From NCBI RefSeq assembly GCF_055900595.2, contig NZ_CM148325.1: a stretch of 64,000 nucleotides of DNA; one strand, given 5' to 3'. The translations under genes and the position numbers were made by a program. Of this stretch, positions 39,169-50,432 are shown one piece after another. Each line of letters starts with the position of its first letter. The stretch's first letter is position 1. The notes under the pieces were generated by a model, which did no database searches, was not told the DNA's origin, and saw only the letters and a list, made by a program, of their open reading frames with translations.

Positions 39169-39798
39169 ATGATTAGGGTTGTGCTGGTGGATGACCATGT
39201 GGTGGTGCGCTCTGGCTTCGCACAGTTACTCTCTCTGGAAGACGATCTGGAGGTCATTGGTCAGTACAGTTGTGCCGCGCAGGCATGGTCGGCATTAACT
39301 CATAATGACGTTAATGTTGCCGTCATTGATATCGCCATGCCGGACGAAAATGGCCTCAGTCTGCTTAAGCGTCTGCGTGCACAAAAACCGCAATTCCGCG
39401 CCATTATTCTTAGCATTTATGACACGCCAACCTTTGTACAAAGCGCTCTGGATGCTGGTGCCAGCGGCTATTTGACCAAACGCTGTGGGCCGGAAGAGTT
39501 AGTGCAGGCGGTGCGCTCGGTCGGGATGGGCGGGCATTATCTCTGCGCCGATGCAATTCGGGCTTTACGCGGCGGCGGGCAACCCGCCCAGGCGTTGGAA
39601 ATTCTCACCCCACGAGAACGTGAAGTGTTTGATTTATTAGTCAAAGGCGACAGTGTCAAAGAGATCGCCTTTAAGCTCGAACTCAGCCATAAAACGGTAC
39701 ATGTACATCGCGCCAACGTGCTGGGAAAACTGAACTGTCATAGCACCATTGAGCTGGTGCATTTTGCACTCAATCACCATCTGCTGGCGGGGCATTAA
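39169..39798 (+). CDS. UhpA-like NarL/FixJ-family response regulator (paralog, not the canonical uhpA)
   Basis: ORF track, 209 aa; receiver domain with conserved Asp residues and C-terminal LuxR-type HTH; close resemblance to UhpA from memory. Confidence 0.85.
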   Translation: MIRVVLVDDHVVVRSGFAQLLSLEDDLEVIGQYSCAAQAWSALTHNDVNVAVIDIAMPDENGLSLLKRLRAQKPQFRAIILSIYDTPTFVQSALDAGASGYLTKRCGPEELVQAVRSVGMGGHYLCADAIRALRGGGQPAQALEILTPREREVFDLLVKGDSVKEIAFKLELSHKTVHVHRANVLGKLNCHSTIELVHFALNHHLLAGH

Positions 39799-41339
39799 TG
39801 TCGCGTAACCTTCGTCATTGGGTGATTTCGCTGTTTATTGTGCTGGCCTGGGGAAGCGGCTGGCTGATGTTGTGGACGCTCAGCTTTTATCTGACCAATA
39901 ACGGTCAACAGGCAGTGTTATTTCTGCCGCACGGAGTTTACCTCGCTCTTCTTATTTTGCTCTCTCGCCGTTACTGGCCTGCGTTGGTGCTCCCCCCTTT
40001 GCTGATGATGTTCTGGCTGCACAGCGAGCAACTGTTGAACGGCTATCTCATGCTGGCAACGCCGGTTATTAGCCTGCTTCCTGCCATCCTTGCACAAAAC
40101 GTCTGGCACCGTTTTCCACTTTACTGGCAGCGTCTGACGTTGCTGTTAGCCTCAGTAACAGCAGCTTCATTGCTGAATACAGCCATGCTAACCCCTTTTA
40201 TGTCAGGCCCAATAATGCTGCCCGGTCTGACCTCATTTACCGGCGGCGTATTGTTGACGCCGTTTGTCTATCTCATCTTTGAGTTTCTGCGCCAGCAGCA
40301 TCGCTATCAGCTTCTGAGACTCGATACGCATAATCCCCCCTTGCGAACCTCTTTAATCATCTGGTGTAGCCTATTTTTTATTATTGGTATCGGCACCCAG
40401 ATGGTGTTGTCGCCTGAAATCGAACGCCTGCTGCTGATCGTGGTATTTCTACCCAATGTGGTCATGGCCTGGAAATTTGGCTGGCAAGGTGGCGTACTCT
40501 CGGGGCTTTTGGGCAGCATGATGATCACTATTGCCCGCCAGATTGGCGTGGGCTTTAGTAACCTGGTGGAACTGGAGATTTTTCTCGCAACCCAGGCATT
40601 GCTGGGAATTGGCCTGGGCATTGCCATCAGTCGCCAGCAACATCTGGCGCTAAACCTGCATCATTACCGTCAGCGACTGGAGGCAGAACTGGCAGCACGG
40701 CGGGCATTGGCTGAAAAGCTGATCCACACCGAGGAAGACACGCGTAAAAGCCTGGCTCGCGAGCTGCACGACGAAATCGGTCAGAACATTACCGCCATTC
40801 AGATCCAGTCGCAACTGGTGACGCGGGCACGCGATCCGGCGCAAGTTCATTCCGCAGCCAGCCAAATCAACGAACTCGCCCGCCGCATTCATCTCTCCAC
40901 CCGCCAGTTGCTGCGCCAGTTGCGGCCACCCGCGCTTGATGAACTGACATTCCGCGAAGCATTACTTCATCTGATTAATGAATTTGCCTTTAGTGAACGC
41001 GGCATTCATTGCCAGTTTACCTATCAACTAACCACCACGCCAGAAAACGAAACGGTTCGCTTTACACTGTATCGGTTATTGCAGGAGTTACTCAATAACG
41101 TCTGTAAACACGCCGAAGCCAGCGAAGTGACGATTATTCTGCGCCAGCAGGGAGAGATATTGCACCTGGAGGTCAGCGACAACGGTATAGGAATCGCCAG
41201 CGGGAAAATGACCGGATTTGGCATTCAGGGGATGCGTGAACGCGTCAGTGCCCTGGGCGGCGACTTAACGCTCGAAAAACATAACGGTACGCGAGTAATT
41301 GTTAACCTGCCCACATTTTTGCAACAAATCGCCGGATAA
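39798..41339 (+). CDS. UhpB-like sensor histidine kinase (multi-pass membrane N-domain + HisKA_3/HATPase)
   Basis: ORF track, 513 aa; H-box LARELHDEIGQ; 1-nt start/stop overlap (TAATG) with the upstream regulator gene. Confidence 0.85.
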   Translation: MSRNLRHWVISLFIVLAWGSGWLMLWTLSFYLTNNGQQAVLFLPHGVYLALLILLSRRYWPALVLPPLLMMFWLHSEQLLNGYLMLATPVISLLPAILAQNVWHRFPLYWQRLTLLLASVTAASLLNTAMLTPFMSGPIMLPGLTSFTGGVLLTPFVYLIFEFLRQQHRYQLLRLDTHNPPLRTSLIIWCSLFFIIGIGTQMVLSPEIERLLLIVVFLPNVVMAWKFGWQGGVLSGLLGSMMITIARQIGVGFSNLVELEIFLATQALLGIGLGIAISRQQHLALNLHHYRQRLEAELAARRALAEKLIHTEEDTRKSLARELHDEIGQNITAIQIQSQLVTRARDPAQVHSAASQINELARRIHLSTRQLLRQLRPPALDELTFREALLHLINEFAFSERGIHCQFTYQLTTTPENETVRFTLYRLLQELLNNVCKHAEASEVTIILRQQGEILHLEVSDNGIGIASGKMTGFGIQGMRERVSALGGDLTLEKHNGTRVIVNLPTFLQQIAG

Positions 41340-41411
41340 CCAGGAAAAAGTCTTAGGCATCCCGGATTTTCTCTCATCCTCTTTCACTTTCATTTTCATA
41401 TAGTCAGCAAC

Positions 41412-42728
41412 ATGGAGACGACCATGCACGCACGTTCAGCGAGAGAGATTAATCAATGCTACCGGACATTACGTCCGCGATTGCTGATGTGCATGATTAT
41501 TGGCTACGCCGCATTTTATCTGACGCGAAAAAGCGTGAATTACGTCCTTCCGGCGCTGCAAACCGACCTCGGACTGGATAAAGGCGACATTGGCCTGCTG
41601 GGTTCGCTGTTTTATCTCAGCTACGGATTGTCGAAATTTACCGCCGGACTGTGGCATGACAGCCACGGACAACGCGGTTTTATGGGCGTCGGCTTGTTCG
41701 CCACTGGGCTATTGAACATGGTGTTTGCCTTTGGCGAATCACTTACGCTTCTGCTTGTGGTCTGGACACTGAACGGTTTTTTTCAGGGCTGGGGATGGCC
41801 ACCGTGTGCCCGCTTACTGACCCATTGGTACTCCCGTAATGAACGTGGTTTCTGGTGGGGCTGCTGGAATATGTCGATCAACATTGGCGGAGCGATTATT
41901 CCGCTGATTAGCGCCTTTGCCGCCCACTGGTGGGGCTGGCAGGCCGCGATGCTGACACCGGGGATTATCAGCATGGCATTAGGGATCTGGTTAACGCTAC
42001 AGCTTAAAGGCACACCCCAGGAAGAGGGATTACCGACGGTGGGTCAGTGGCGTCACGATCCGCTGGAATTACGTCAGGAACAACAAAGTCCGCCGATGGG
42101 GCTGTGGCAAATGTTGCGAACCACAATGCTGCAAAATCCGATGATCTGGCTGCTGGGTGTCTCTTATGTACTGGTTTATGTGATCCGGATTGCGCTAAAC
42201 GACTGGGGCAATATCTGGCTGACGGAAAGCCACGGCGTCAACCTACTCAGCGCCAACGCCACGGTAATGCTGTTTGAAGTGGGCGGCTTACTCGGCGCGT
42301 TATTTGCCGGATGGGGTTCGGATTTGCTGTTTAGCGGGCAGCGAGCCCCCATGATTTTGCTGTTTACCCTTGGGTTGATGGTTTCGGTCGCTGCACTCTG
42401 GTTGGCACCGGTTCATCACTATGCCCTTCTGGCTGTGTGCTTTTTTACTGTGGGCTTTTTTGTCTTTGGCCCGCAAATGCTGATTGGACTTGCGGCAGTG
42501 GAATGTGGACACAAAGCTGCGGCGGGTTCAATTACCGGATTTCTCGGCCTGTTCGCCTATCTCGGTGCGGCGCTGGCAGGCTGGCCGTTGTCGCTGGTTA
42601 TCGAACGCTACGGCTGGTCAGGAATGTTCAGTTTACTCTCGGTCGCCGCAGTACTTATGGGTTTACTGCTGATGCCGTTACTGATGGCGGGCATCACCAC
42701 CACTCACGCTCGAAGGATAAAACAATGA
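41412..42728 (+). CDS. UhpC-like MFS sugar-phosphate sensor/transporter (organophosphate:Pi antiporter family)
   Basis: ORF track, 438 aa; strong resemblance to UhpC/UhpT (e.g. FFQGWGWPPCARLLTHWYSRNERG). Confidence 0.85.
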   Translation: METTMHARSAREINQCYRTLRPRLLMCMIIGYAAFYLTRKSVNYVLPALQTDLGLDKGDIGLLGSLFYLSYGLSKFTAGLWHDSHGQRGFMGVGLFATGLLNMVFAFGESLTLLLVVWTLNGFFQGWGWPPCARLLTHWYSRNERGFWWGCWNMSINIGGAIIPLISAFAAHWWGWQAAMLTPGIISMALGIWLTLQLKGTPQEEGLPTVGQWRHDPLELRQEQQSPPMGLWQMLRTTMLQNPMIWLLGVSYVLVYVIRIALNDWGNIWLTESHGVNLLSANATVMLFEVGGLLGALFAGWGSDLLFSGQRAPMILLFTLGLMVSVAALWLAPVHHYALLAVCFFTVGFFVFGPQMLIGLAAVECGHKAAAGSITGFLGLFAYLGAALAGWPLSLVIERYGWSGMFSLLSVAAVLMGLLLMPLLMAGITTTHARRIKQ

Positions 42729-43756
42729 AAATGCCCCTTACCTCTACTCTGATTGCTTCTGCCGTTGCGCTGGCAACCTTAACGGGTGCCGCACAAGCGA
42801 AAGGTCGACTGGTGGTCTATTGCAGCGCCACTAATGAAATGTGTGAGACCGAAACCAAAGCGTTTGGCGAGAAATATGATGTGAAAACCTCGTTTATCCG
42901 CAACGGCTCCGGTAGCACCCTGGCAAAAGTCGATGCTGAAAAGAAAAACCCACAGGCTGACGTCTGGTACGGCGGCACCTTAGACCCGCAGTCGCAGGCC
43001 GGCGAGATGGGCCTGTTACAGGCATATAAATCGCCTAACCTTGAACAGATCATGGAAAAATTCCGCGATCCGGCAAAAGTGAAAGGAAACCTTTCCTCCG
43101 CCGTTTATGTGGGGATCCTCGGGTTTGGCGTCAACACAGAGCGTCTGAAAGAGAAAAACCTGCCTGTGCCGAAGTGCTGGAAAGATCTCACCAAACCTGA
43201 ATATAAAGGCGAAATTCAGATTGCCGATCCACAAAGTTCCGGTACCGCCTACACCGCGCTGGCTACCTTTGCGCAGCTGTGGGGGGAAGATCAGGCCTTT
43301 GATTATCTAAAACAACTTAACACCAACGTCTCCCAGTACACCAAATCAGGCATTGCCCCGGCACGTAACGCCGCCCGCGGCGAAACGGCGATTGGTATTG
43401 GCTTCCTGCATGACTACTCGCTGGAAAAAGAACAGGGTGCGCCGCTGGAGTTGATTTCCCCGTGTGAAGGTACGGGCTACGAAATTGGCGGCGTCAGCAT
43501 TCTGAAAGGCGCGCGCAACCTCGACAACGCCAAACTGTTTGTGGACTGGGTATTATCAAAAGAAGCTCAGGAACTGGCGTGGAAGAAAGGGAAGTCTTAT
43601 CAGATCCTGACCAATACCACCGCCGAAACGTCGCCAAATTCGCTGAAGCTCGACGACCTGAAATTAATCAACTACGACATGGATAAATACGGTTCCACGG
43701 ATGTTCGTAAGGCATTGATTAATAAATGGGTCAGCGAAGTGAAGATGGGTAAATAA
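42725..43756 (+). CDS. afuA: AfuA/FbpA-type periplasmic substrate-binding protein of an ABC importer
   Basis: ORF track 42437..43756; start placed at MKMPLTSTLIASAVALATLTGAAQA (signal peptide); ATGA overlap with the preceding gene. Confidence 0.85.
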   Translation: MKMPLTSTLIASAVALATLTGAAQAKGRLVVYCSATNEMCETETKAFGEKYDVKTSFIRNGSGSTLAKVDAEKKNPQADVWYGGTLDPQSQAGEMGLLQAYKSPNLEQIMEKFRDPAKVKGNLSSAVYVGILGFGVNTERLKEKNLPVPKCWKDLTKPEYKGEIQIADPQSSGTAYTALATFAQLWGEDQAFDYLKQLNTNVSQYTKSGIAPARNAARGETAIGIGFLHDYSLEKEQGAPLELISPCEGTGYEIGGVSILKGARNLDNAKLFVDWVLSKEAQELAWKKGKSYQILTNTTAETSPNSLKLDDLKLINYDMDKYGSTDVRKALINKWVSEVKMGK

Positions 43757-43824
43757 ACCCGCATTGCGTGCATTTGCCGGGCGCAGCACAAACGCCTGCC
43801 CCGGCCAACCATACCGGAACTGCT

Positions 43825-45903
43825 ATGTCACAGACACTTGCACTCCATCCCGTGAAAAAGCGGGATGCGATTTTCCTTTGGGTTTTGCTGGGCTGGCTGG
43901 CATTTATCCTGTTGCCGAGCTGGAGCCTCGATTATGGCCTGCTGGAGTCCACGAGTGATGAGATCCTCGAGGCTTATGGCTGGTCGCATTTTAATATCAG
44001 CTGGCTGTGGTATTTATTACCGAGTCTGTTGCTGGTTCGTCCGTTTCGTGAGGCCACACGCGAACAGCGTAGTCGTCATTATTTTGATGCCAGTTGGGCA
44101 TTGCTCTGTATGGCGTTTATCGTCATCAGCGCCACCGTGGCTGGACGCGGTTTAGGCTACGCCGCCATCGTGCTGTTTATCGAATTAAGCGCGATAATGA
44201 CGCTGGCCTTAACCCGCCTCGAATGGCTGGGTGGCGACCGCTTTGTGATCGGCTCGCTGATTGCGATTGTGGCGCTGATTGGCATTTTTATCGTCTGGCC
44301 GAGCATCGCCATTTTTATCCCGATGTTCACCAACGACGCGGGAGAGTTCGCCCCACTGGCGTTTATGAATGTGCTCTCGCAGGCCCATATCATTCAGGTG
44401 ATCGTCAACTCTATCGTCTTATCGATAGCGGTGGGTATTGGCTGTACTTTCTTCGGTCTGGTGCTGGCGATATATACCACGCGCATCGCTAAACGCAGCG
44501 CCGTAATCGGCCGCATCTTTTCCATTCTGCCAATTGTCACGCCACCGTTTGTGGTCGGCTTAGGCGTTACGCTCATGATGGGGCGCTCCGGCTACATAAC
44601 GGAATTTATGGTGGAGTGGTTTGGGCTGACCAACACCAACTGGCTGTATGGTTTTACCGGGATCTGGCTGGCACAGGTCCTGGCATTTACGCCAATGGCT
44701 TTTATGATCCTCGATGGGGCCATTAAAACCATTCATCCCTCGCTGGAAGAAGCCTCCTACACCCTGCGCGCCAGCCGCTGGCAAACCTTTAACGGTGTGT
44801 TTGTGCCGTTGTTAAAGCCCGCGCTTGCCAATGCCTTTTTAATCGTTGTGGTGCAGTCACTGGCTGACTTCAGTAACCCGCTGGTGCTTGGCGGCAACTT
44901 CGACGTACTGGCGACGCAAATTTACTTCTACATTACCGGCTCGCAGCTGGATTATCAGGCCGCCAGCACCCTTGGCGCTTTCCTGCTGCTGTTCTCGCTA
45001 CTGGTGTTCTGCGTCCAGTATATGTGGATTGGTAAACGCTCTTACGTCACGGTTTCCGGAAAGTCCTACCGCGGCGATGTCCAGCCACTACCGGTCACCC
45101 TGGTGTGGAGCGTGGTCGCCATACTTGCGATATGGATTGCCTTTAACGCCCTGCTCTATGGCAGCATTTTCTACGGCAGCTTCACTGTGAACTGGGGCGT
45201 TGACTACACCCTGACGCTGGATAACTTTATCAAGTTATTTGGTCAGGGGATGAGCGACGGCGCGTGGCCTTCACTGTTAGATACCTTGCTCTACGCCGGG
45301 ATTGCCGCCCCCATTACCGCTATCTTTGGCCTGCTCATCGCCTGGGTGGTGGTGCGCCAACAATTCAAAGGCAAAAAGACCATAGAGTTCACCACCATGT
45401 TGTGCTTTGCCGTACCGGGTACAGTGGCGGGTGTCTCGTATATTCTTGCCTTTAATAGCGCCCCGGTCTATCTCACCGGAACGGCAGCAATTGTGATTAT
45501 TTCGATGGTGATGCGCAACGTTCCGGTGGGTATTCGCGCCGGGATTGCAGGTCTGGGGCAGATCGACAAATCGCTGGATGAAGCCTCACTTAGCCTGCGT
45601 GCGGGTTCCCTGCGAACCATTACGCACATTTTACTGCCGTTGTTACGCCCAGCTATTCTCTCGGCCCTGATTTACAGCTTTGTGCGGGCTATCACGACGG
45701 TCAGCGCCATCGTCTTTCTCGTCACGCCGGACACACGCGTGGCAACCGCCTACATCCTTAACCGCGTAGAAGACGGCGAATATGGCGTAGCCATCGCCTA
45801 CGGTTCGATTCTGATCGTGGTGATGCTGGCGATTATTTTCCTCTTTGACTGGCTGATCGGTGAAGCACGTATTTCCCGTTCTAAAGCCAAAAACCAGGCG
45901 TAA
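43825..45903 (+). CDS. afuB: AfuB/FbpB-type fused two-domain ABC permease
   Basis: ORF track 43768..45903; start placed at MSQTLALHP (692 aa); many transmembrane segments. Confidence 0.85.
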   Translation: MSQTLALHPVKKRDAIFLWVLLGWLAFILLPSWSLDYGLLESTSDEILEAYGWSHFNISWLWYLLPSLLLVRPFREATREQRSRHYFDASWALLCMAFIVISATVAGRGLGYAAIVLFIELSAIMTLALTRLEWLGGDRFVIGSLIAIVALIGIFIVWPSIAIFIPMFTNDAGEFAPLAFMNVLSQAHIIQVIVNSIVLSIAVGIGCTFFGLVLAIYTTRIAKRSAVIGRIFSILPIVTPPFVVGLGVTLMMGRSGYITEFMVEWFGLTNTNWLYGFTGIWLAQVLAFTPMAFMILDGAIKTIHPSLEEASYTLRASRWQTFNGVFVPLLKPALANAFLIVVVQSLADFSNPLVLGGNFDVLATQIYFYITGSQLDYQAASTLGAFLLLFSLLVFCVQYMWIGKRSYVTVSGKSYRGDVQPLPVTLVWSVVAILAIWIAFNALLYGSIFYGSFTVNWGVDYTLTLDNFIKLFGQGMSDGAWPSLLDTLLYAGIAAPITAIFGLLIAWVVVRQQFKGKKTIEFTTMLCFAVPGTVAGVSYILAFNSAPVYLTGTAAIVIISMVMRNVPVGIRAGIAGLGQIDKSLDEASLSLRAGSLRTITHILLPLLRPAILSALIYSFVRAITTVSAIVFLVTPDTRVATAYILNRVEDGEYGVAIAYGSILIVVMLAIIFLFDWLIGEARISRSKAKNQA

Positions 45904-45914
45904 TGGAGCGCACT

Positions 45915-46961
45915 ATGAGTCAGAAAAATTTTGTGGAACTGCGCAACGTCACTAAACGATTCGGCAGTAATAGGGTTATCGACAATATCAATCTCACCAT
46001 CCCACAAGGGCAAATGGTGACGCTGCTCGGTCCTTCCGGATGCGGCAAAACCACCATTCTGCGTCTGGTTGCCGGGCTGGAAAAACCGAGCGAAGGGCAA
46101 ATTTTTATAGATGGCGAAGATGTCACGCATCGTTCCATTCAGCAACGCGATATCTGCATGGTGTTTCAGTCATACGCTCTGTTCCCACATATGTCGCTGG
46201 GCGAAAACGTTGGCTATGGGCTGAAAATGCTTGGCGTGTCGCGTAGTGAAGTGAAGCAGCGGGTGAAAGATGCGCTAGCAATGGTGGATCTGGAAGGATT
46301 CGAAGACCGCTATGTCGACCAGATTTCCGGTGGTCAGCAACAGCGTGTGGCTCTGGCCCGTGCGTTGATCCTTAAGCCTAAAGTGCTGCTGTTTGATGAG
46401 CCGTTAAGTAACCTCGATGCCAACCTGCGTCGCAGCATGCGCGATAAAATCCGCGAGCTGCAAAAGCAATTTAACATCACTTCGCTCTATGTGACTCACG
46501 ATCAAAGTGAAGCTTTCGCGGTGTCCGACACCGTGTTGGTGATGAATAAAGGTCACATCATGCAGATTGGTTCACCGCAGGATCTCTATCGTCAGCCCGC
46601 CTCCCGCTTTATGGCAAGTTTTATGGGCGACGCCAACCTGTTCCCGGCGAACTTTAGCGAAGAGTATGTCGATATCTACGGTTATCGCCTGCCGCGCGCG
46701 GCGCATTTCCCGGCGCAAGGTAGCGGCACCGTCGGCGTTCGCCCGGAAGCCATCACCTTAAGCAATCACGGCGAAGAGAGTCAGCGTTGTGTTATTCGCC
46801 ATGTCGCCTACATGGGGCCGCAGTACGAAGTGACCGTAGAATGGCATGGTCAGGAGATTTTATTGCAAGTCAACGCCACCCGTTTACAGCCCGATATTGG
46901 TGAGCACTATTACCTCGAAATCCATCCTTACGGGATGTTTGTTTTAGCGGATGCGGCATAA
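45915..46961 (+). CDS. afuC: AfuC/FbpC-type ABC ATPase
   Basis: ORF track 45903..46961; start at [12 protein letters not shown]; Walker [10 protein letters not shown], signature ISGGQQQRV. Confidence 0.88.
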   Translation: MSQKNFVELRNVTKRFGSNRVIDNINLTIPQGQMVTLLGPSGCGKTTILRLVAGLEKPSEGQIFIDGEDVTHRSIQQRDICMVFQSYALFPHMSLGENVGYGLKMLGVSRSEVKQRVKDALAMVDLEGFEDRYVDQISGGQQQRVALARALILKPKVLLFDEPLSNLDANLRRSMRDKIRELQKQFNITSLYVTHDQSEAFAVSDTVLVMNKGHIMQIGSPQDLYRQPASRFMASFMGDANLFPANFSEEYVDIYGYRLPRAAHFPAQGSGTVGVRPEAITLSNHGEESQRCVIRHVAYMGPQYEVTVEWHGQEILLQVNATRLQPDIGEHYYLEIHPYGMFVLADAA

Positions 46962-46973
46962 AAATAGCACATA

Positions 46974-47003
46974 AACGGTCCCAACCTGTCTTGAGGGACC
47001 GTT
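46974..47003 (+). terminator. possible afuC terminator hairpin (aacggtccc ... gggaccgtt)
   Basis: 9-bp perfect inverted repeat 13 bp after the afuC stop; trailing T-run is weak. Confidence 0.45.
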
Positions 47004-47042
47004 CACCTGTTTAGACGTCGGACAACAATTATTCTCAGGTGT

Positions 47043-47097
47043 TATATACTATAGGGGGGTATGCATTGACATATAGCATACCCCCCTATAGTATATT
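47043..47097 (+). promoter_or_regulatory. frmR promoter/operator: long perfect palindrome atatactataggggggtatgc ... gcatacccccctatagtatat
   Basis: About 21-bp inverted-repeat arms around a central attgacatata, immediately upstream of frmR; consistent with a FrmR operator. Confidence 0.7.
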
Positions 47098-47120
47098 GCG
47101 TGCAGATGATGAGGTGCGAA

Positions 47121-47396
47121 ATGCCCAGTACTCCGGAAGAGAAGAAAAAGGTCCTTACTCGAGTTCGTCGTATTCGGGGGCAAATTGATGCTCTGGAACG
47201 GTCGCTGGAGGGTGATGCCGAATGCCGTGCCATACTCCAACAGATCGCTGCCGTTCGGGGCGCGGCTAACGGGCTGATGGCAGAAGTGCTTGAAAGCCAT
47301 ATCCGGGAAACGTTTGACCGAAATGACTGCTACAGCCGCGAAGTCAGCCAATCCGTTGACGACACTATTGAACTGGTTCGTGCCTATCTTAAATAG
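47121..47396 (+). CDS. frmR: formaldehyde-responsive repressor FrmR
   Basis: ORF track 47100..47396; start placed at [21 protein letters not shown] (91 aa). Confidence 0.92.
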
Positions 47397-47400
47397 CTGA

Positions 47401-48540
<1,140 letters not shown>

Positions 48541-48632
48541 TTTCCCGCAGGTTTTACCCCGTCCAGTTCAGGCGGGGTTATTAATACTCTCCCCGGGCAG
48601 CCGTCCGGGGATTAACCATGAGATAATGACTG

Positions 48633-49466
48633 ATGGAACTCATTGAAAAACATGCCAGCTTTGGCGGCTGGCAAAATGTGTATCGGCATTATTCCCAATT
48701 ACTGAAATGTGAAATGAATGTCGGCGTCTATCTCCCACTAAAAGCCGGGAATGAAAAATTGCCGGTACTGTACTGGCTTTCGGGCCTGACCTGTAACGAG
48801 CAGAATTTCATTACTAAATCGGGGATGCAACGTTACGCGGCTGAGCACAACATTATTGTTGTTGCGCCAGACACCAGTCCGCGAGGCAGTCATGTCGCAG
48901 ATGCCGACCGTTATGATCTCGGGCAAGGTGCCGGGTTTTACCTGAACGCAACGCAAGCGCCGTGGAATGAACATTACAAAATGTATGATTATATCCACAA
49001 CGAGCTGCCGGATTTAGTGATGCAACATTTTCCGGCAACGGAAAGAAAGTCAATCGCGGGTCATTCAATGGGCGGCCTGGGCGCGCTGGTGCTGGCGTTA
49101 CGTAACCCAGATGAATATGTCAGCGTCTCGGCATTTTCGCCCATTGTCTCCCCATCGCAAGTACCGTGGGGACAGCAAGCCTTTGCCGCGTATCTTGGTG
49201 AAAATAAAGAAACCTGGATGGATTACGATCCGGTGAGCCTTATTTCACAAGGTCAACGCGTTGCGGAAATCATGGTTGATCAAGGATTGAGTGATGATTT
49301 TTACGCAGAACAGCTGCGGACTCCAAATCTTGAAAAGATCTGCCAGGAGATGAATATCAAAACGTTAATCCGTTATCACGAGGGTTATGATCACAGCTAT
49401 TATTTTGTCTCCAGTTTTATTGGCGAGCATATTGCCTACCACGCCAATAAACTGAATATGCGTTGA
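48633..49466 (+). CDS. frmB: S-formylglutathione hydrolase FrmB
   Basis: ORF track, 277 aa, MELIEKHASFGGWQNVYRH; GHSMGG esterase motif. Confidence 0.95.
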   Translation: MELIEKHASFGGWQNVYRHYSQLLKCEMNVGVYLPLKAGNEKLPVLYWLSGLTCNEQNFITKSGMQRYAAEHNIIVVAPDTSPRGSHVADADRYDLGQGAGFYLNATQAPWNEHYKMYDYIHNELPDLVMQHFPATERKSIAGHSMGGLGALVLALRNPDEYVSVSAFSPIVSPSQVPWGQQAFAAYLGENKETWMDYDPVSLISQGQRVAEIMVDQGLSDDFYAEQLRTPNLEKICQEMNIKTLIRYHEGYDHSYYFVSSFIGEHIAYHANKLNMR

Positions 49467-49790
49467 GCATCCGCGCACGCCAGCCGGATGCGGCGTGAAC
49501 GCCTTATCCGCCTACATTTCGCCCATAAACCGTAGGCATGATAAGACGCGCATAGCGTCGCATCAGGCATCTGCGCACAGCTGCCGGATGCGGCGTGAAC
49601 GCCTTATCCGCCTACATTTCGCCCATAAACCGTAGGCATGATAAGACGCGCATAGCGTCGCATCAGGCATCTGCGCACAACTGCCGGATGCGGCGTGAAC
49701 GCCTTATCCGGCCTACATTTCGCCCATGAGCCGTAGGCATGATAAGACGCGTCAGCGTCGCATCAGGCATCTGTGCACGGCTTATCGATG
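49467..49790. repeat. BIME-type array: about three tandem copies of a ~100-bp unit, each with paired REP palindromes
   Basis: Unit ctgccggatgcggcgtgaacgccttatccgcctac...gtaggcatgataagacgcg...gcatcaggcatctgcgcaca repeated with a few substitutions. Confidence 0.8.
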
Positions 49791-49791
49791 A

Positions 49792-50331
49792 TTACCACAT
49801 CAAATCATCAGGCACTTTAAAGTCGGCATACGGATCGTCTTCATCCTGCTCTTCGGCGCTGAGCGCGCTGTGCAACACAATACTGCTGGCATCACGCTGA
49901 GCAATTTTATCGGCAACGCTGGCGGGAATAATGGCGTATTCACCTTCGCTATTGTTATCGACCAACAAGCGGGCAATCGCCAGACGACCATTAATCAACT
50001 GCGCTTGCGTGAGCTTATCGACAAAGATTTTCTTAATCAGATTACCGTCAATGAAGTTAAAACCAATATCGCCATTAGCAATGGTGATCCGGTTCATTTC
50101 AATGAGCTGCTTCACCTGGGCTTTATATTCTTTCGCCAACGCCGCTTGTTTTTGCTGCTCGCTAAGCTGTTTATCACGCTCAAGCTGTGCCTTTTTATTT
50201 TCTTCTACCGCCGCCCGAGCTTCACGCGCCTGAACGCGCGATTTTTTCGCCGTTCTCTCGACCTTCGCCGCTTTTTTGCTGGTGACTAATCCTGCTTTGA
50301 GCAACTGCTCTTGTAAGGTAAGTTTTGCCAT
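49792..50331 (-). CDS. yaiL: YaiL (DUF2058 family)
   Basis: ORF track 49792..50343; start placed at MAKLTLQEQLLKAGL. Confidence 0.85.
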   Translation of the reverse strand: MAKLTLQEQLLKAGLVTSKKAAKVERTAKKSRVQAREARAAVEENKKAQLERDKQLSEQQKQAALAKEYKAQVKQLIEMNRITIANGDIGFNFIDGNLIKKIFVDKLTQAQLINGRLAIARLLVDNNSEGEYAIIPASVADKIAQRDASSIVLHSALSAEEQDEDDPYADFKVPDDLMW

Positions 50332-50432
50332 CTTTGTTTCCAAACCCGCTGAATAATTTTTAGCGAGTATACCTGTAAACGCCGTAGGTGTATTGGGGGC
50401 AAGTCCCTTTCGCCCCTACCTAATAAGGCGCG

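Noticed and set aside
49467-49790. Tandem repeat array considered as a possible CRISPR array
   Set aside because: Units are ~100 bp with no unique spacers, consist of REP palindromes, and no cas genes are nearby; classified as BIME.
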